From assembly GCF_964355755.1 (NCBI RefSeq), contig NC_092678.1:23577365-23641364 (forward strand): 64,000 bases of DNA, in the 5' to 3' direction. Shown here one piece after another: positions 12,921-25,497 of the stretch. Every line of letters begins with the position of its first letter. The first letter of the stretch is position 1. The notes below the pieces were generated by a model, which was not told where the DNA came from, ran no database searches, and saw only the letters and a list, made by a program, of their open reading frames with translations. Position numbers and translations under genes: made by a program. The DNA is from Antedon mediterranea. Lineage: Eukaryota > Animalia > Echinodermata.

Positions 12921-14924
12921 TTATACGGTATGTTATGAAGTAGAAGTAGATAATACAGCAGCACAGTAGTTGGTTACTATGTAATAAGCAATGTAATTGG
13001 CAATTGAGGTGTTAGTAGTATACACGCGATACAGCTGTCAAAATAGTAATTATTATCTGTTTGATTCTCTTAAGTCATCATCAATATTATAAATAATATC
13101 ACGTATCACAAACACATCTTTTACTTTATCGTAATTATTACAACATTATTGCGTTATCATTGTGATTTATGACAGTATTTATGTTGTACTTTGAACGTTT
13201 GTTAACACGCGAACTGCTCTGCTTGATTATCATGCTTCATTTGCCGTACCGTATCGTGTAAAAGAAATTAAAAGCACCGTCAGAGATAACTGGTAATACA
13301 GACAGTAGATAAAGTGAAGGAATTAATTTTTTTTACAAGAGAAAAGAAAATCCCTAAAATCTAGCATTATCTACTCATTATACCATAATGGGGACACTTA
13401 AGAAGGCAGTTACGAAATCACAGTATATAGTCGACCCTTTACAATAGCTGTACATAACAATAGGCATTACAGCAATATAACCTAATAATTATACGACGTT
13501 TATCGCGAACAAAAGTTTAAGCTATCACGACTGACACATTCTAGAAATAAGATGAACAAAATGTATTCAACAAATAGCAAAATTTGTAAATTCTTCGAAA
13601 ATAGGTATGAAAGGTAAGCACTGTAAAAATAGAATTTTAAACAAATAATACTCGCGTAGCTTTCCATAGACATGGCTATCTATCACATGGGTTTAGATAA
13701 ACAATTGTAATGGTAACGTCGATCGCCCACTCAGGTTGGCGCATCTTTCAGGCCACTTAACCGGGCTAAATCCTGTCACATCCTGCTGATGCATTTCGGT
13801 ATAATAATAAACATCCAATGATCATGATAAATGTATAATACGTAGGCTATACCTATTTTCAAATGTCAGAATAGGCAATTGTTATCGTAACACTACAAAA
13901 AAAACTGACGCGTGCGTACAAAAGCTGTGGCGTTTTAACATTTTTCGAACGCGCGCGTCAAATACTACTTTAAACTTTTAGATAAAACAGTATTAAGAAA
14001 TTGGATTGTCATTAGTGAGTATTTTACTACAAGAAATTTAATAGGCTAAAATGTCTCATAATAGACTTTACCATTTATAACTGGAACATTGCGTTTACAT
14101 CACTACGTTATAGGCCTTCTGTACATACAATAAAGTAAGTTCTCTAGAGACAGAGATATGTACACAGTCGCCAGCTATTCACAAGTTACTTTTTATTTGA
14201 ATCGTCATTTACACCAGGGTCATCGACCCTACTACAATAATTACGGTATCAAATTTAGACATTAATGTATGTATATTGTGGCACTGGTAGTTGGTGCACA
14301 TACATTCCAATTCCAAGATCCTGGGTTTTACTCTAAATGTAAGAATTCGTTTTGAATAAAAACCAAATTTAATGTCTGATACAGTAATTTTTTAAGCTGT
14401 TTGCTGCATTTCCATATAAGGAATATTATTCGAATTCTTACTGTTCTAAAACATAAACCCATTATCCAATTTAAATCGTGGTAGATTTCCATGGCAACCG
14501 GCTGTATTATTGTAGAAAACATTATGAATGATGTAACTATCTATAGATTAGTATTAAATATAAATTCAAGTTAATTATAAAGCACAATCGAGAAACACAA
14601 AGAAAATATAGTGAGAAGCGAGCGCGTGATACAAGATATTAGTAATCATTATTGTCATAATGGAGAAATAAAACCCAAAGTTTTACATTACTGAATGAAA
14701 TGGAGTCGATCCGCTGGGGAATTTATTGCCAACTACAGAGAGCATTGTATGTCTAATACAATGATTTATCGCCTACATTCTAATATAAAAATACATTTAA
14801 GATAAACTAGGAATTCTATATGTTATAAAAAGAACATACTATTATTTTGTCCTAGACAGTCACGCAAATGTAACAACGGTCAAAATATCTGGGTGAATCC
14901 GGTATATGTTTGGAAGGAGTTAAA

Positions 14925-15380
14925 TTACTTGTGTTTCGCTTACGCCCTTGCGTTACGTCCTATTGGGGACCAAGTTTAAGTGTGTAAATGCAGGCACAGT
15001 GTGAACGTAGCTTTAACTCTGCGTATTACTTGTGTTTTGCTTACGCCCTTGCGTTACGTCCTAGTGGGGACCAAGTTTTAGTGTGTAAATGCAGTCAGTG
15101 TGAACATAGCTTTTTTTGCTTACGCCTTGCGTTACCGGTACGTCCTAGTGGGAACCCAGCTTTAGTGTGTAAATGCAGGCTCAGTGTGAACATAGCTTTT
15201 TTTGCTTACGCCCTTGCGTTACCGGTACGTCCTATTGGGAAGAACCCAGCTTTAGTGTGTACATGCAGGCCCAGTGTGTACGTAGCTGGTTTGATTACGC
15301 CCTTGCTTGTGGAAATCCAGCTTTATTGTGTAAATGCAGACTCAGTGTGTGAACATGGCTGCTTTAACTGCGTATTTAAC
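14925..15380. repeat. ~75-100-bp tandem repeat (5 units) built from a MITE terminus
   Basis: Each unit carries TTACGCCCTTGCGTTACGTCCTAGTGGG(G/A)ACC(A/C)AG(C/T)TTTA, which is the right arm of MITE family B, followed by GTGTGTAAATGCAG..CAGTGTGAACATAGCTTT. Confidence 0.85.
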
Positions 15381-15710
15381 CAATCTCTATTACGTATGTT
15401 TATTCCCATCGGAGTAACACTTCTTTACGTTGTTTATTTGTATTTGTTATTCCGGTATTGTTTGTTGTAATTCCAAGAATTATAGTAACCAAATTAAATG
15501 TTTGTCACGCAACTTTCTCATCGCCCTGATGACGAACATGTCAACGGGTTAAGAAAACGTACAGGAACTTCCCTCACACACAGGTTCATCACTTGGCAAG
15601 TAAACGTGGTGCATACCTTACTAAATTGTTTCCCTTTCTTATAATATACACATTAATGTTACGCAAGTTTTGTTGCAATCCTAATTGCATGTAGAAAAAT
15701 GGACGAACTG

Positions 15711-15779
15711 TTAGTAAAAAGATAAATATTTTGGCATATATGGCGTTTCATACGTATTTCAGACAAATATCAAAAAGCC
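15711..15779 (+). repeat. dispersed repeat family D, fragment
   Basis: TTAGTAAAAAGATAAATATTTTGGCATATATGGCGTTTCATACGTA, shared with 16388 and (inverted) with 19911-20023. Confidence 0.75.
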
Positions 15780-16029
15780 GACCGGTGGACTAATTATAAC
15801 TAAACATTAAAAAGTAGAGATAGATTGTGGTCATCATAGTATTACTGTACTGTTACTAGTAAATATATTCAGAAGACATTGTGTAGCCAATGCTTTTTAT
15901 TGCCTGTGCAAGTTATCGCACCTTTTTCCGGTATCTAAAATGTGTTTTTTTGCCTTAGCAAAGAAAATATGTTATTGAGTGATTTATATAATGAAAACAT
16001 GCAACAAAATGTATAGCACATTCCCTTAC

Positions 16030-16322
16030 CCTTCGTCCTGCCTCGTTGTTATGCAGGTTCATTTTTCTCCGTTTAAATTCTTTTGAACCACTTTCTGGAG
16101 TCGACTCTCTTTCTTTGGCATCTACAAAATTCCTGCTGAATTGGTACCCGTATTCAACGTTGTCTCCGCAACCACCCCACAACCATTCTTTAGGGAGATC
16201 GTCTGGTCTAGAAGCTCTGCTGCAACCACACGTTTGTAAGCTACCCTCTCGACAGTTTCGACTGATTGAGTTGATGACACCAGCCGCTGAAACCGCATGT
16301 GTGAACGCTGCTTCCCGACTAG
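16030..16322 (-). CDS. Wnt5: Wnt5 coding exon 3
   Basis: Acceptor TCTTTCTACAG|CT, donor AGG|GTAAGG. Reads [59 protein letters not shown]...[11 protein letters not shown]. Confidence 0.97.
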
Positions 16323-16353
16323 CTGTAGAAAGACAGGATTAAATGGGTTGATT

Positions 16354-16478
16354 TAGTCTATGTTCCAGACGGAGTTTTGAATTAATATTAGTAAAAAGAT
16401 AAATATTTTGACACATATGGCGTTTCATACGTATACTACGGTACTTAAGCTTGTATTTCAGAAAAACATCGAAAAGCC
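16354..16478 (+). repeat. dispersed repeat family D
   Basis: Begins TAGTCTATGTTCCAGACGGAGTTTTG and is bracketed by the direct repeat GGGTTGATTTA (16345-16355, 16487-16497). Confidence 0.75.
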
Positions 16479-18929
16479 TCGAAATAGGGTTGATTTATAG
16501 GCATTGTAACTGGTTGGTTGGTTAGTCTGTCCAGTAAATTTATAGATCTACTATAGAGTTAGATTTAGTTAAACAATTTAAACTGTGGGTATCTGAAGCG
16601 ACAAGTGTAATGGAAATTACCGACACTCTGATAAATGAAATTAGGTTTACATTTATTTGCCTTTCGGCGTTCCATATCACTATCACTATTTTTCTGAGCC
16701 CATTAATAACTGCACTTTATAAGTTTATCATGTAACCGTTCATACAGTATGTATCAATTTCCACCATTACTCTATAAATAGTTATAAAAGTTGCAATCGT
16801 ATTTTCAAAAGTAAGTATATAGGCTATGGTGAAGAACTGTAAATAGACATGGCACCGTCGGTCCTATTCGTTTGAAGTTTTCACAAATGACCACTTGACG
16901 ATTGCCAATTTATACTATTTAATTTGATAAGCCTATACATAAAGACATTGCAAGTTAGTCGTATCATGTTATATCTACCATTCGAAAAAAATATATGAAA
17001 TAATTTTGAACAAGAAAGTCATTGTACTTGGAACAAATAGCAAGATTGAGAGGGAAAAGTTACTAAACAATACCCAGTTGATATTTGTCAAGGTGAGAGG
17101 GTCCCAGTGGAGTAAAGAAACAAATTGCTGTGAGGGGTTAACACGGTGAACGTTAGCTCAGTGAAAAGGTGACAGCTATGGTTTAGTTTCCGCAACAAAA
17201 GATACAACGTTACGTCACAGCTTTTTACAAGCTTCACTGAACATTGCTGGAGGCTCAGTATAGAGAAAATCATGCGTTTTTAATCAGTTAAAAAACATTT
17301 TTTCATTAAAATTGTTCCAAAAACATTTTCAACAGATAAATATTTTACAAAATTGCAACTCTATACAAATATTGTTTGATATCCTTTAATGCAGTTTTTT
17401 TTTTGGAACGTCAAGAAAGCCATGAAGAAAACAAAATTGTCTTTGATAGAACTCATTGGATTGTGGAGTTTTGGTAGTACTGTAGTGTGTCCATCAATTA
17501 TTCATTGACATTGACTACAAACAATGGCAAGTTAGATTGATCACTACAAAAGATTAAGTCGGTTACACAAGCAACGACTTGGGGGAAACGTGACCACTTA
17601 TGTAGAAAGCAGCCTGGTGGGATAATTTGGAGATTTTCTTTAGTAACAAATTACTACCTCGGGGTGGTTTACATTTCGTAGCATTTCACATGTGGGGAAT
17701 TACAATATTGAAATGTATTGCTCTTTAGGTTCACCTACAGTAGTAATTTATTTATCCTCTCTCCCCCCCCCCCCCCCCCTTAAATGTGTTCATTTTATGT
17801 GAGGTACGTTGGGTAGGCCCTACGGTTTTTATATTGATAGTTTTAATGGTGTATTCAATTAATTTACTTGTGTTAAATAGGTGGTCTGAAATATATTATT
17901 TCCCTTCAATATCGTCGGTTCTTAATTTTAAACAAGGGGCACTAAAATACCAAAATAAACATAATTGATTGCAACAACGACTGGATAATTATTTTCGGCT
18001 TAGGTTATAATCAGGGAGTTGTAATTACAACTCCCTGTTATAAATTATTATATTTACAATGCACGTACAGTATTATAACTTGTATTTACTACAATGTCAT
18101 GAATAGTGTTTTAAATAACAACAATACGATTGATATTGGACATTTTAAGTCTTAATGCATGCCAGGGATATGTAATCATTCAATATAATTACTATTAAGA
18201 ACAATCGAATTTTTATAACAGGCAAATAACCCTTAAACAAGAAAATAACATTGAAGTAAATATATTTGATAAAATGTTGGTAAACCATGCTTTACTTAGC
18301 CGCTAAATCCTTACAATGTAAGGCTAGGCACGATCTGGTAAGGTCAAGAAACACGTAAGACTAACCATGCCATGGTATGCCAATATAACTGTATTCGCAC
18401 GTCACGATTTTCTACAATAGCATCAAAAGAGCCTAATCAATGTTTTAAGGATTTTAAAATTGGATTAATCATGATAAATTACTGTTGATAACGCATTTAC
18501 GAAGCATCAGACAGGACCTCGAATTAATTATTATCCATTCAGTTTAATTAACAAGTAATGGCACGTCTTGTACAACAGTACAGATAATTCAGGACATCCC
18601 TTTAATTTGAAATCAATTATTATTATAATGTAGAAGAGCAAGGATTAAACACCGTACAAGGGTCTGAATAGAATTCTACGTGGGAGAAAACCACTTTTTA
18701 ATTAAGGCTAACAAATAATTAATCCCCTAATCAAAATAGTTTACACCTGTCGTCATACTGTCAATTGTGTAGTTTGTGTCGGTAGTGACCCAAACTTTGA
18801 AACGCGCGTTCAAACGTGGATATTAATGGAACGTGTTTTGTACGCGGGCGTTTACATTTTGCACGCGGGCGTGTAAATTGTGTTCGCGTGGTATGTCACC
18901 ACCGACCATACGTTAAAAAAAATGCTCAC

Positions 18930-19198
18930 CAATTGTCATTACTCTACCAAAAACTGATTCCTGGTCTGACGTGCTACAGTTCCACCTTCGATCCTGGAAC
19001 TGATACTGGCACTCTTCGATGCCCACCTTAGCCCCTTCACCAATTGGACCCATGTGGTCACTGTACAGATGACAAAGCTTCCGTTGCCCTGGCGATAAGC
19101 CAGGTAACTGCGTACACATCTGTTGCGCACCAAATATAAGCAGATCTGGATTTTGTAAAGCTTCGTATTGATTGGATGATGATTCCAATCCAAGTGCC
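18930..19198 (-). CDS. Wnt5: Wnt5 coding exon 2
   Basis: Acceptor TTTTTCTATAG|G, donor TTG|GTGAGC. Reads [10 protein letters not shown]...[54 protein letters not shown]...VFGRVMTI, the Wnt5-type GQxKLCxLYxDHM signature. Confidence 0.97.
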
Positions 19199-19272
19199 CT
19201 ATAGAAAAATATAATAATTTAATTAATTTATAATGTTTCAAATAATGATGTTACTGTATGTACTGTACCTTA

Positions 19273-19451
19273 AGCGTGGTTGCCACTAGCGACGCAACGC
19301 AAGGACGTAACGCAACGCAAATTAATTGACCAATCACAAGCGATGGCTTATTCGCTTGTGATTGCTAACTGTCTATAACTTCGCTTGTCATTGGTTAAAA
19401 CGCTTGCGTTGCGTTTACGTCCTTGCGTTACGTTCTAGTGGGAACCAAGCT
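19273..19451 (+). mobile_element. MITE family B (PIF/Harbinger-like), 179 bp
   Basis: TIRs AGCGTGGTT(G/C)CCACTAG / CTAGTGGGAACCAAGCT with a TTA TSD on both sides. Near-identical to 48587-48765. Confidence 0.92.
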
Positions 19452-19910
19452 TTAGTGGTTACATTCTTGTCTGGTTAAACTTTTAACACTCAACAAGCAA
19501 CCGAATGCCATACTTGACAAATTAGCTGCCCCTTGAACTACCCTCATTTACCTCACTTGTTTTATGTTCAATTCCTAACATATGTATAAGTTTTGCCACT
19601 TGTATTGAGCTTACTATTTTAATAAATAGTGGATGAACCCACTTTGAACCGGCGAGAAATGTTTCACTGTATACTTTACAGTAACAAATTGATACTTAGG
19701 CCTATTTTATCTCCAAATAAGAAGAGGTAATTCATGATCTAACGTTTCGAACTGTATTTGAATATATTAGGAATGTATATACGAAAATAAAATATTTATC
19801 ACACTTGTTAGTGTACGCAGTAGGCTATATGATTTCGTATGACCATTCTATATTAAAGTTAGACTTGCCCCAAGTCTGTATTCATTGTATTTTTGTTATT
19901 GTTTTTATTT

Positions 19911-20023
19911 CGATTTTGTCTGAAAATACCAAGTAGTATATGTATGAAACGCCATACAGTATGTGCAAAAATATTTATCTTTTTACAAATATTAAGACAA
20001 AACTCCGTCTGGAACCCAGACTA
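19911..20023 (-). repeat. dispersed repeat family D, inverted copy
   Basis: Diverged reverse complement of 16354-16478, ending AAAACTCCGTCTGGAACCCAGACTA. Confidence 0.75.
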
Positions 20024-22804
20024 TATTAAAGTATAAACCAACTGAGTTGTGACAAATTATGGCTAATTATCTATATATAAATTTACGTAAGGGCAAAATT
20101 CGGTAAATCGCGCGTTATTTCTAGAATGTTTACTCGATGGTATATACAGTTGGTTAGAATCTCGGTACTGATTTAAACCACCAGATGTAACCCTGTTTAC
20201 TAATTAAATGAGTTAGATAATTAGTTATTGACAATTAAAACGAATTTAGGTTGAACGATTTGTCCCAAATAGTGGTGTTTTCCGACCGTAGTATACACTG
20301 TCTAATGGATGTCCTCTTAAAAAATACCTGCACACAATAATACGAGGATGCTTCGCATTTTCCTATCTCCTCCTACGATAATTGTTTTTAATAGCTGAAA
20401 ACCGGTTGAACAGCTCGAGTACAGCATCATAATGTTGAAGACAGGCCGATTTTCTTAAAAAAATACTATTTTGATAGATTTAATATACAGTACGTTTATA
20501 CAAATGTATTGATTTGCGATGAATGGAACATTCCAATCTCTCAGACTCCCAGTTTGTAGGTAAATGTATGAGCCCTCCATGGTTTAACACAAGTATGTAC
20601 ATTTATGGGCCCTTTGAGAATAAACTTAAAACTGAGATATACTGTAGCATTGCAATACTTTGACAATATTGTAAATACTGTACGAACCATTTTTGGTCGC
20701 CATTTGAATCGAAATTTTCTTACTGTGAATGTGGTTACTGTTTATTGTATTAATTAGTAATTATAAAAAATATAAACGTCGTAGTGGTGTATCGTTACAT
20801 GTACTTTACTATTTTAATCGACTATACAGGCACAGTTTTAGTTTTTTGGACTCATTTTAAGATAAGTTTCTCCTTCGGAAGTAGGCCTAATTCCCAGTGT
20901 GGTAATTTTAGTTGACTACATTAATCATCGTGTCTATTTATTCGTTTCTGAAAACGACAATGTATTTATAATAGTCCTGCGGTACGTACATTTGAAATCG
21001 CCAGTTTTTTTACGCTGAAATTACAGTACTGTGTATTCGAGAACCATCTGTGAACACGACCTAGTTTTAACTAATTATTGTTGGCATGTAATCGATATTT
21101 AATAGGGTTAATTTTCTGTTACTAAGAGTTAATCGATATATTTAAGTGTCGTTCAGGTCCCAATCATACACCTGATCAATAGGTCTAATTACGGGACGTC
21201 CTGAAAAGGTGTAAGGCGTTCGTTACTTTTTCCTATGTTTTTTGGGATTCCTGCAACTTAAAATAAATGTTTACGACGAACGTACGTCGTGATGTGTGCC
21301 GCTTTTGAAAAAGCATTTGATTTTATAAATCAACTCCACAATATTGTACACCCTGGTTTCCCCCAGAAATGCTGGTGGTACAATATATTCCGAATTATAT
21401 TTTTAATGATTAAAAAAGCAACTTTGGACCAGAAGAAAATGGTGGCTTTGAGTGAGTTTCCTTTCCTATTTTCAGAGTTCAGTGTTGGGGAGAGGCAGAC
21501 TGCTAGAGATGCACTGACTGTACTGTATTTTTTATTTTTTTATTAAAAAATACACAGAATATTTCTTGAAAATGTCCTTTTAAAGAAAATATTTTTAAAC
21601 ATTATCTTTTAAAATACAGCACTTTTAAGAATCCACAGTTTGAAAGTTGAAAATATACGTTTTTAGAAAGGTTGTCTAATATTTTACCATTGATGTTTAT
21701 CTGAAATTCATAGAAAATGCTCACGATTCTACAACACAAATGTCAATCACATAACCTCAATATTTGTTGTTGGTGAACAAAGTCAATATCTTTGAATAAT
21801 TTAAGTGTTAAGCTGTAGTTTAAACAGTAAAGTAAAACAATACAAAAGAGTGTATTGCAAGTTGAATAAACTAAGCGGTTCTTCTGTTGTACATGCTAAT
21901 TCTAGATACAGTAAGTTTATGCTTAAAGTTGATCACAAGATATTTGGTAAACAATCCACTTCCTTTCAACATGTAAAATAAATATAATTAGTACAACAAC
22001 AAAAAAAGATTGTGCAAAGATTGCCATTTTGTAACCAGGCCAAGATAATTGTTTAGTAATTATGATGGATAGACCAATTGTTTTGTTCACTGCATTTCTA
22101 ATGGTTTATTGTTTTACTCAAAGAATTATTTTACCCATGGAGTACTGTATAATAAGTCCAACATTGGAGAAATAAGTTAACTAACTAACTTATTTCTTCA
22201 TGGTCCAACCAAATGGAAATATACACTGAAATACCAAAACGTGTCAATTCAGAAACAGTCTAAATATACAGTATAATAAATAGTAATAAGTGACAACCCT
22301 AAGTATACTGTAGGTGTCAACAACATTACGGCTAAAATCTACCAACACTTTAATTTGTTTTTTAAAATGTTATATTCTCTCCTCTGAATGAAATTAACTA
22401 TGGGTACTCTTGGGATTCTGTACTAGAAAAAAACATGTCTGTCTACCCGATGATACCAAGGACATGTGTTAAGTAATGACTAAAGTATTAATTATAGTTT
22501 AGTCAATTTTAATTAAATGTTGATAGTGTTTCCATTAAGTCTTTGGTTAACTATTTACAGTAAGTACTTACGATAGGCTTAATCCGATTCAGCTTTTAAA
22601 ACATGACACAAAAGCATCGAGTTACCGATAGTATAGACCTGTATGCAGTAATTCAGTTAAGTTTGTCTTGTTGTAGGCCTATTGTCTTTTTGGAAACCGA
22701 AAAGGGTTTCACAAAGTCTATCAAACAACCCGAGAATGTGTATGCCAGTCCACGTTATTGATAAAATGTTTTCAGCTAGGCCTACCATGTACAGTATAAA
22801 TCAT

Positions 22805-23180
22805 TGTTTGCAACTGGTTCCTCAATAGAGCGCATAACGGTAACTTTATTTGATCAACTGAATATATTATATCTGATTACGCCTGAACATTTTTATTGTT
22901 TTCTTTATTACCGATACAAAGTTTCTAAATACAAATTGTAGGCCTTGTTATTCTCATTCTACTTATGTACTGCTTATTTAATGTTTATTTGTTTTGCAAC
23001 TGATTCCGCAATAGACCGCATACTTTAACTTTATTTGATCAATTGAATACAGTGTCTGATTAAGCCTGAGCATTGTTTTCTTTACCGAAGTTTCAAAATA
23101 AAATGTTTAGGCCTTGTTACAGTGTTCCCATTCTACTTTTGTATAGGCCTAAGTAACTGCTTAAAGTTTAATTTATGTTT
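22805..23180. repeat. diverged tandem duplication, 2 x ~185 bp
   Basis: TTTGCAACTG..CAATAGA.CGCATA..TAACTTTATTTGATCAA.TGAATA..TCTGATTA.GCCTGA.CATT occurs twice. Confidence 0.8.
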
Positions 23181-24627
23181 TCTAAAGTATTAAGACGTTT
23201 ATGGTATCTCGTAAAGATGAAAACGAGGCTCCGGTGATTAGATTTTGTTGGTGTATTATCTCACCTTGCTAACGTCTCTGTCAACGGTGTCTTATTTACT
23301 GTCTATAAGTTGGATGTCAAACTTGTTAATATCAAGACGTGTTGCTTTAAAATATTACTGTTGGTGAAATAGTTACTGTTCAGGGGGTAATCTAACGAGT
23401 ATTAAGTATAGATATATTTTGACCATGATGTTTGGAGAAAAAAAAGAAAGAAAACAGTTATCTTTTAAAACAATATTAACTTACTAAGAAAAAAACCCCG
23501 CCTACAATGTTTGGTGTATGTAACCTTTGTGGTGAAATAATTTCGCAGGTCTCTGTGTTTACTAACGCTACAGAATTGGCATTTTGAAACAACAAAACGT
23601 GATATTCTCTTGTTTTATATGTGATTAGTTATTATTAGAGTCATTCACTGACAGATTTTAATCTGATGTTTTCCGACACAATAGCTATATACATGATCAT
23701 ACTGTTCGGGCTTACTTTATAATTGCGTCAAGTGGTACATTATTTACCAATCATGTTTTGTTGTTTTATACTTCACACTCAGTAATATTGTTTGTTGCTA
23801 TGCTTGCTATGTTTATTGTTGTCAAGTAAAGGATTATGGATGGTTTAATATTTCGAGATTTCATTCCTCGATGGTCAGAGTACAGTATTTAACTGTCCGG
23901 ATTTCCCAAATGTTCCTTTTTAGATTGTTGTTTTTGTTACTTTGTTTGATATGTCAGTGGTGTATTTTTTTAAAGGAATCTCACCTCGTAGGCCTATTAA
24001 TGGCAAATCATTCAATGGTTTACCCAACAAGTTATACAAATTAGGGCCTACAAAAAAAAACAACCCTGGAGGTCCGTGATAAAACTATGGAAACAAGAGA
24101 AAATACCCTGTACATATTTTCACCAATTAAACAACAGGAAAAAAGAAATAGTTTCAGTAAACATTTACAAACAGAACTCAACGATTCTGGCATAACAACT
24201 GTCAATTGTAAGACATTAATAAACTTTCTTTTGTGTTTTTAGCTAGAAACAAAAGGGAGCAATTGAAATATAAACAATGCACTGGTAACGCCTAACTGAC
24301 TTTAGTAATGCTTGCTTAATTTATTTCAGAATGGGCCTCATCACAGACCTATTACTTACTTAAAATAGGCCTATAACTGTACTTTATTAATACGACCCAT
24401 TACATAATAATGGATCGATCCCATAATAATTAATATATGATCTGACACGGGGTACGATTTACAAACTTGATGAAAATAAAATCCTATTTTTGTATATTTC
24501 GTTGAAATGAGTTTAACATTTATTTATTTAAGTTCTATCCTACCATGCGCACTTATTCTGTCTATTTGTTGTTATACCTCAAAAGCTACTATTAAAAGAA
24601 CCCATACTTAAGTAATGTTATACTTAC

Positions 24628-24719
24628 CACCACGTCGCATCCAGACTTTGTGAAGTGTGGCTTTGAGGGAAAAGTAAGATAATAAATATCCACAGAAACT
24701 GGGCCAGCTCAGATGCCAT
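24628..24719 (-). CDS. Wnt5: Wnt5 first coding exon (signal peptide)
   Basis: ATG at 24719 reads MASELAQFLWIFIILLFPQSHTSQSLDATW plus TG, then donor TG|GTAAGT. Phase 2 joins exon 2 to give ..ATWWALG.., like the Wnt5 'WWSL' motif. Absent from the ORF track. Confidence 0.88.
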
Positions 24720-24894
24720 ATTTTTTTTTATAATTCTTCCTTTCAATAATCCTTCGAATGTCAATAATCTTATGACGATTGCATTTGTATAAATCCTCGT
24801 TAGTAACTACTTCGTCGCCGTGATAATCCCACAACACGTCCAATGACAATTCCTGTCCCCCAGTTCCGTTTGGTTACTGCTGCCGCTGCACACT
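24720..24894 (-). other. probable 5' UTR part of the Wnt5 ATG exon
   Basis: Acceptor-like TAATCTTTCAG| ending at 24895. There is an in-frame TAG upstream of the ATG and a short uORF (MQSS*, 24784-24770). Confidence 0.45.
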
Positions 24895-25357
24895 CTGAAA
24901 GATTAATGACGTCATAATTAGTCTCCGTCCAGAGGTGGTTTACGTCAATAAACATGTCGCAAACATAGGTGGCGTTCTGATGATTTGTGTAGTACCTGCG
25001 TGTTAATGGGTATTTGGTATCGGTGTTGTAAGTTGATTGGATACTGTATTAAATTTAACTTTCATCAAATAATTTTGACTTAACATCAATATACAATATA
25101 TACGTTCGGCAAATACATTTAACTAAATTGCAAACAAAACAAACATGATCGTCTGTGCCAGTAATTTGTGTCTCTTTAAAAATTCTTCAAAGTTATAAAC
25201 TAAATTTATTTGACTGCTTTTTAAACTGTGAATATAAATAAGATTATCCCCGGACGCCGAAAGAGTAGTATTTTCCGAAAATGTGGCATCTCTCTTTCTA
25301 GCTGTACGTTTACTTTATGTCAACTTTTTGATTTAGTATTTCTTTTATTTCATAAGA

Positions 25358-25497
25358 GAGAGGGCAAGCCAGTAGGCCTACCTTTGGATCCGATATAGAT
25401 ACTATACTGTTTTAGGTTTTTCCTTAATAGTATTTCCTATGAGAGGACAGCCAGTAGGCCTACCTCCTTTGGATCCGATATGGATACTATAATGTTT
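25358..25497. repeat. short local duplication (~55-bp core)
   Basis: GAGAGG..AGCCAGTAGGCCTACCT..TTGGATCCGATAT.GATACTATA.TGTTT occurs twice. Confidence 0.75.

Larger units (their letters stand above)
12186..24719 (-). other. Wnt5: Wnt5 gene model: join(24719..24628,19198..18930,16322..16030,12644..12186), 370 aa
   Basis: Exons of 92+269+293+459 = 1113 nt splice in frame with intron phases 2, 1, 0, giving a complete Wnt domain with a signal peptide. Confidence 0.95.

Noticed and set aside
15522-15566. Second hammerhead candidate CTGATGA...GAAAACGTA
   Set aside because: No convincing stem II or stem I pairing.
15955-19241. ORF-track boundaries of Wnt fragments and overlapping ORFs (16046-16342, 18816-19031, 18939-19241)
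   Set aside because: The true boundaries are set by splice sites. The other ORFs are shadow or alternative frames of Wnt5 exons.
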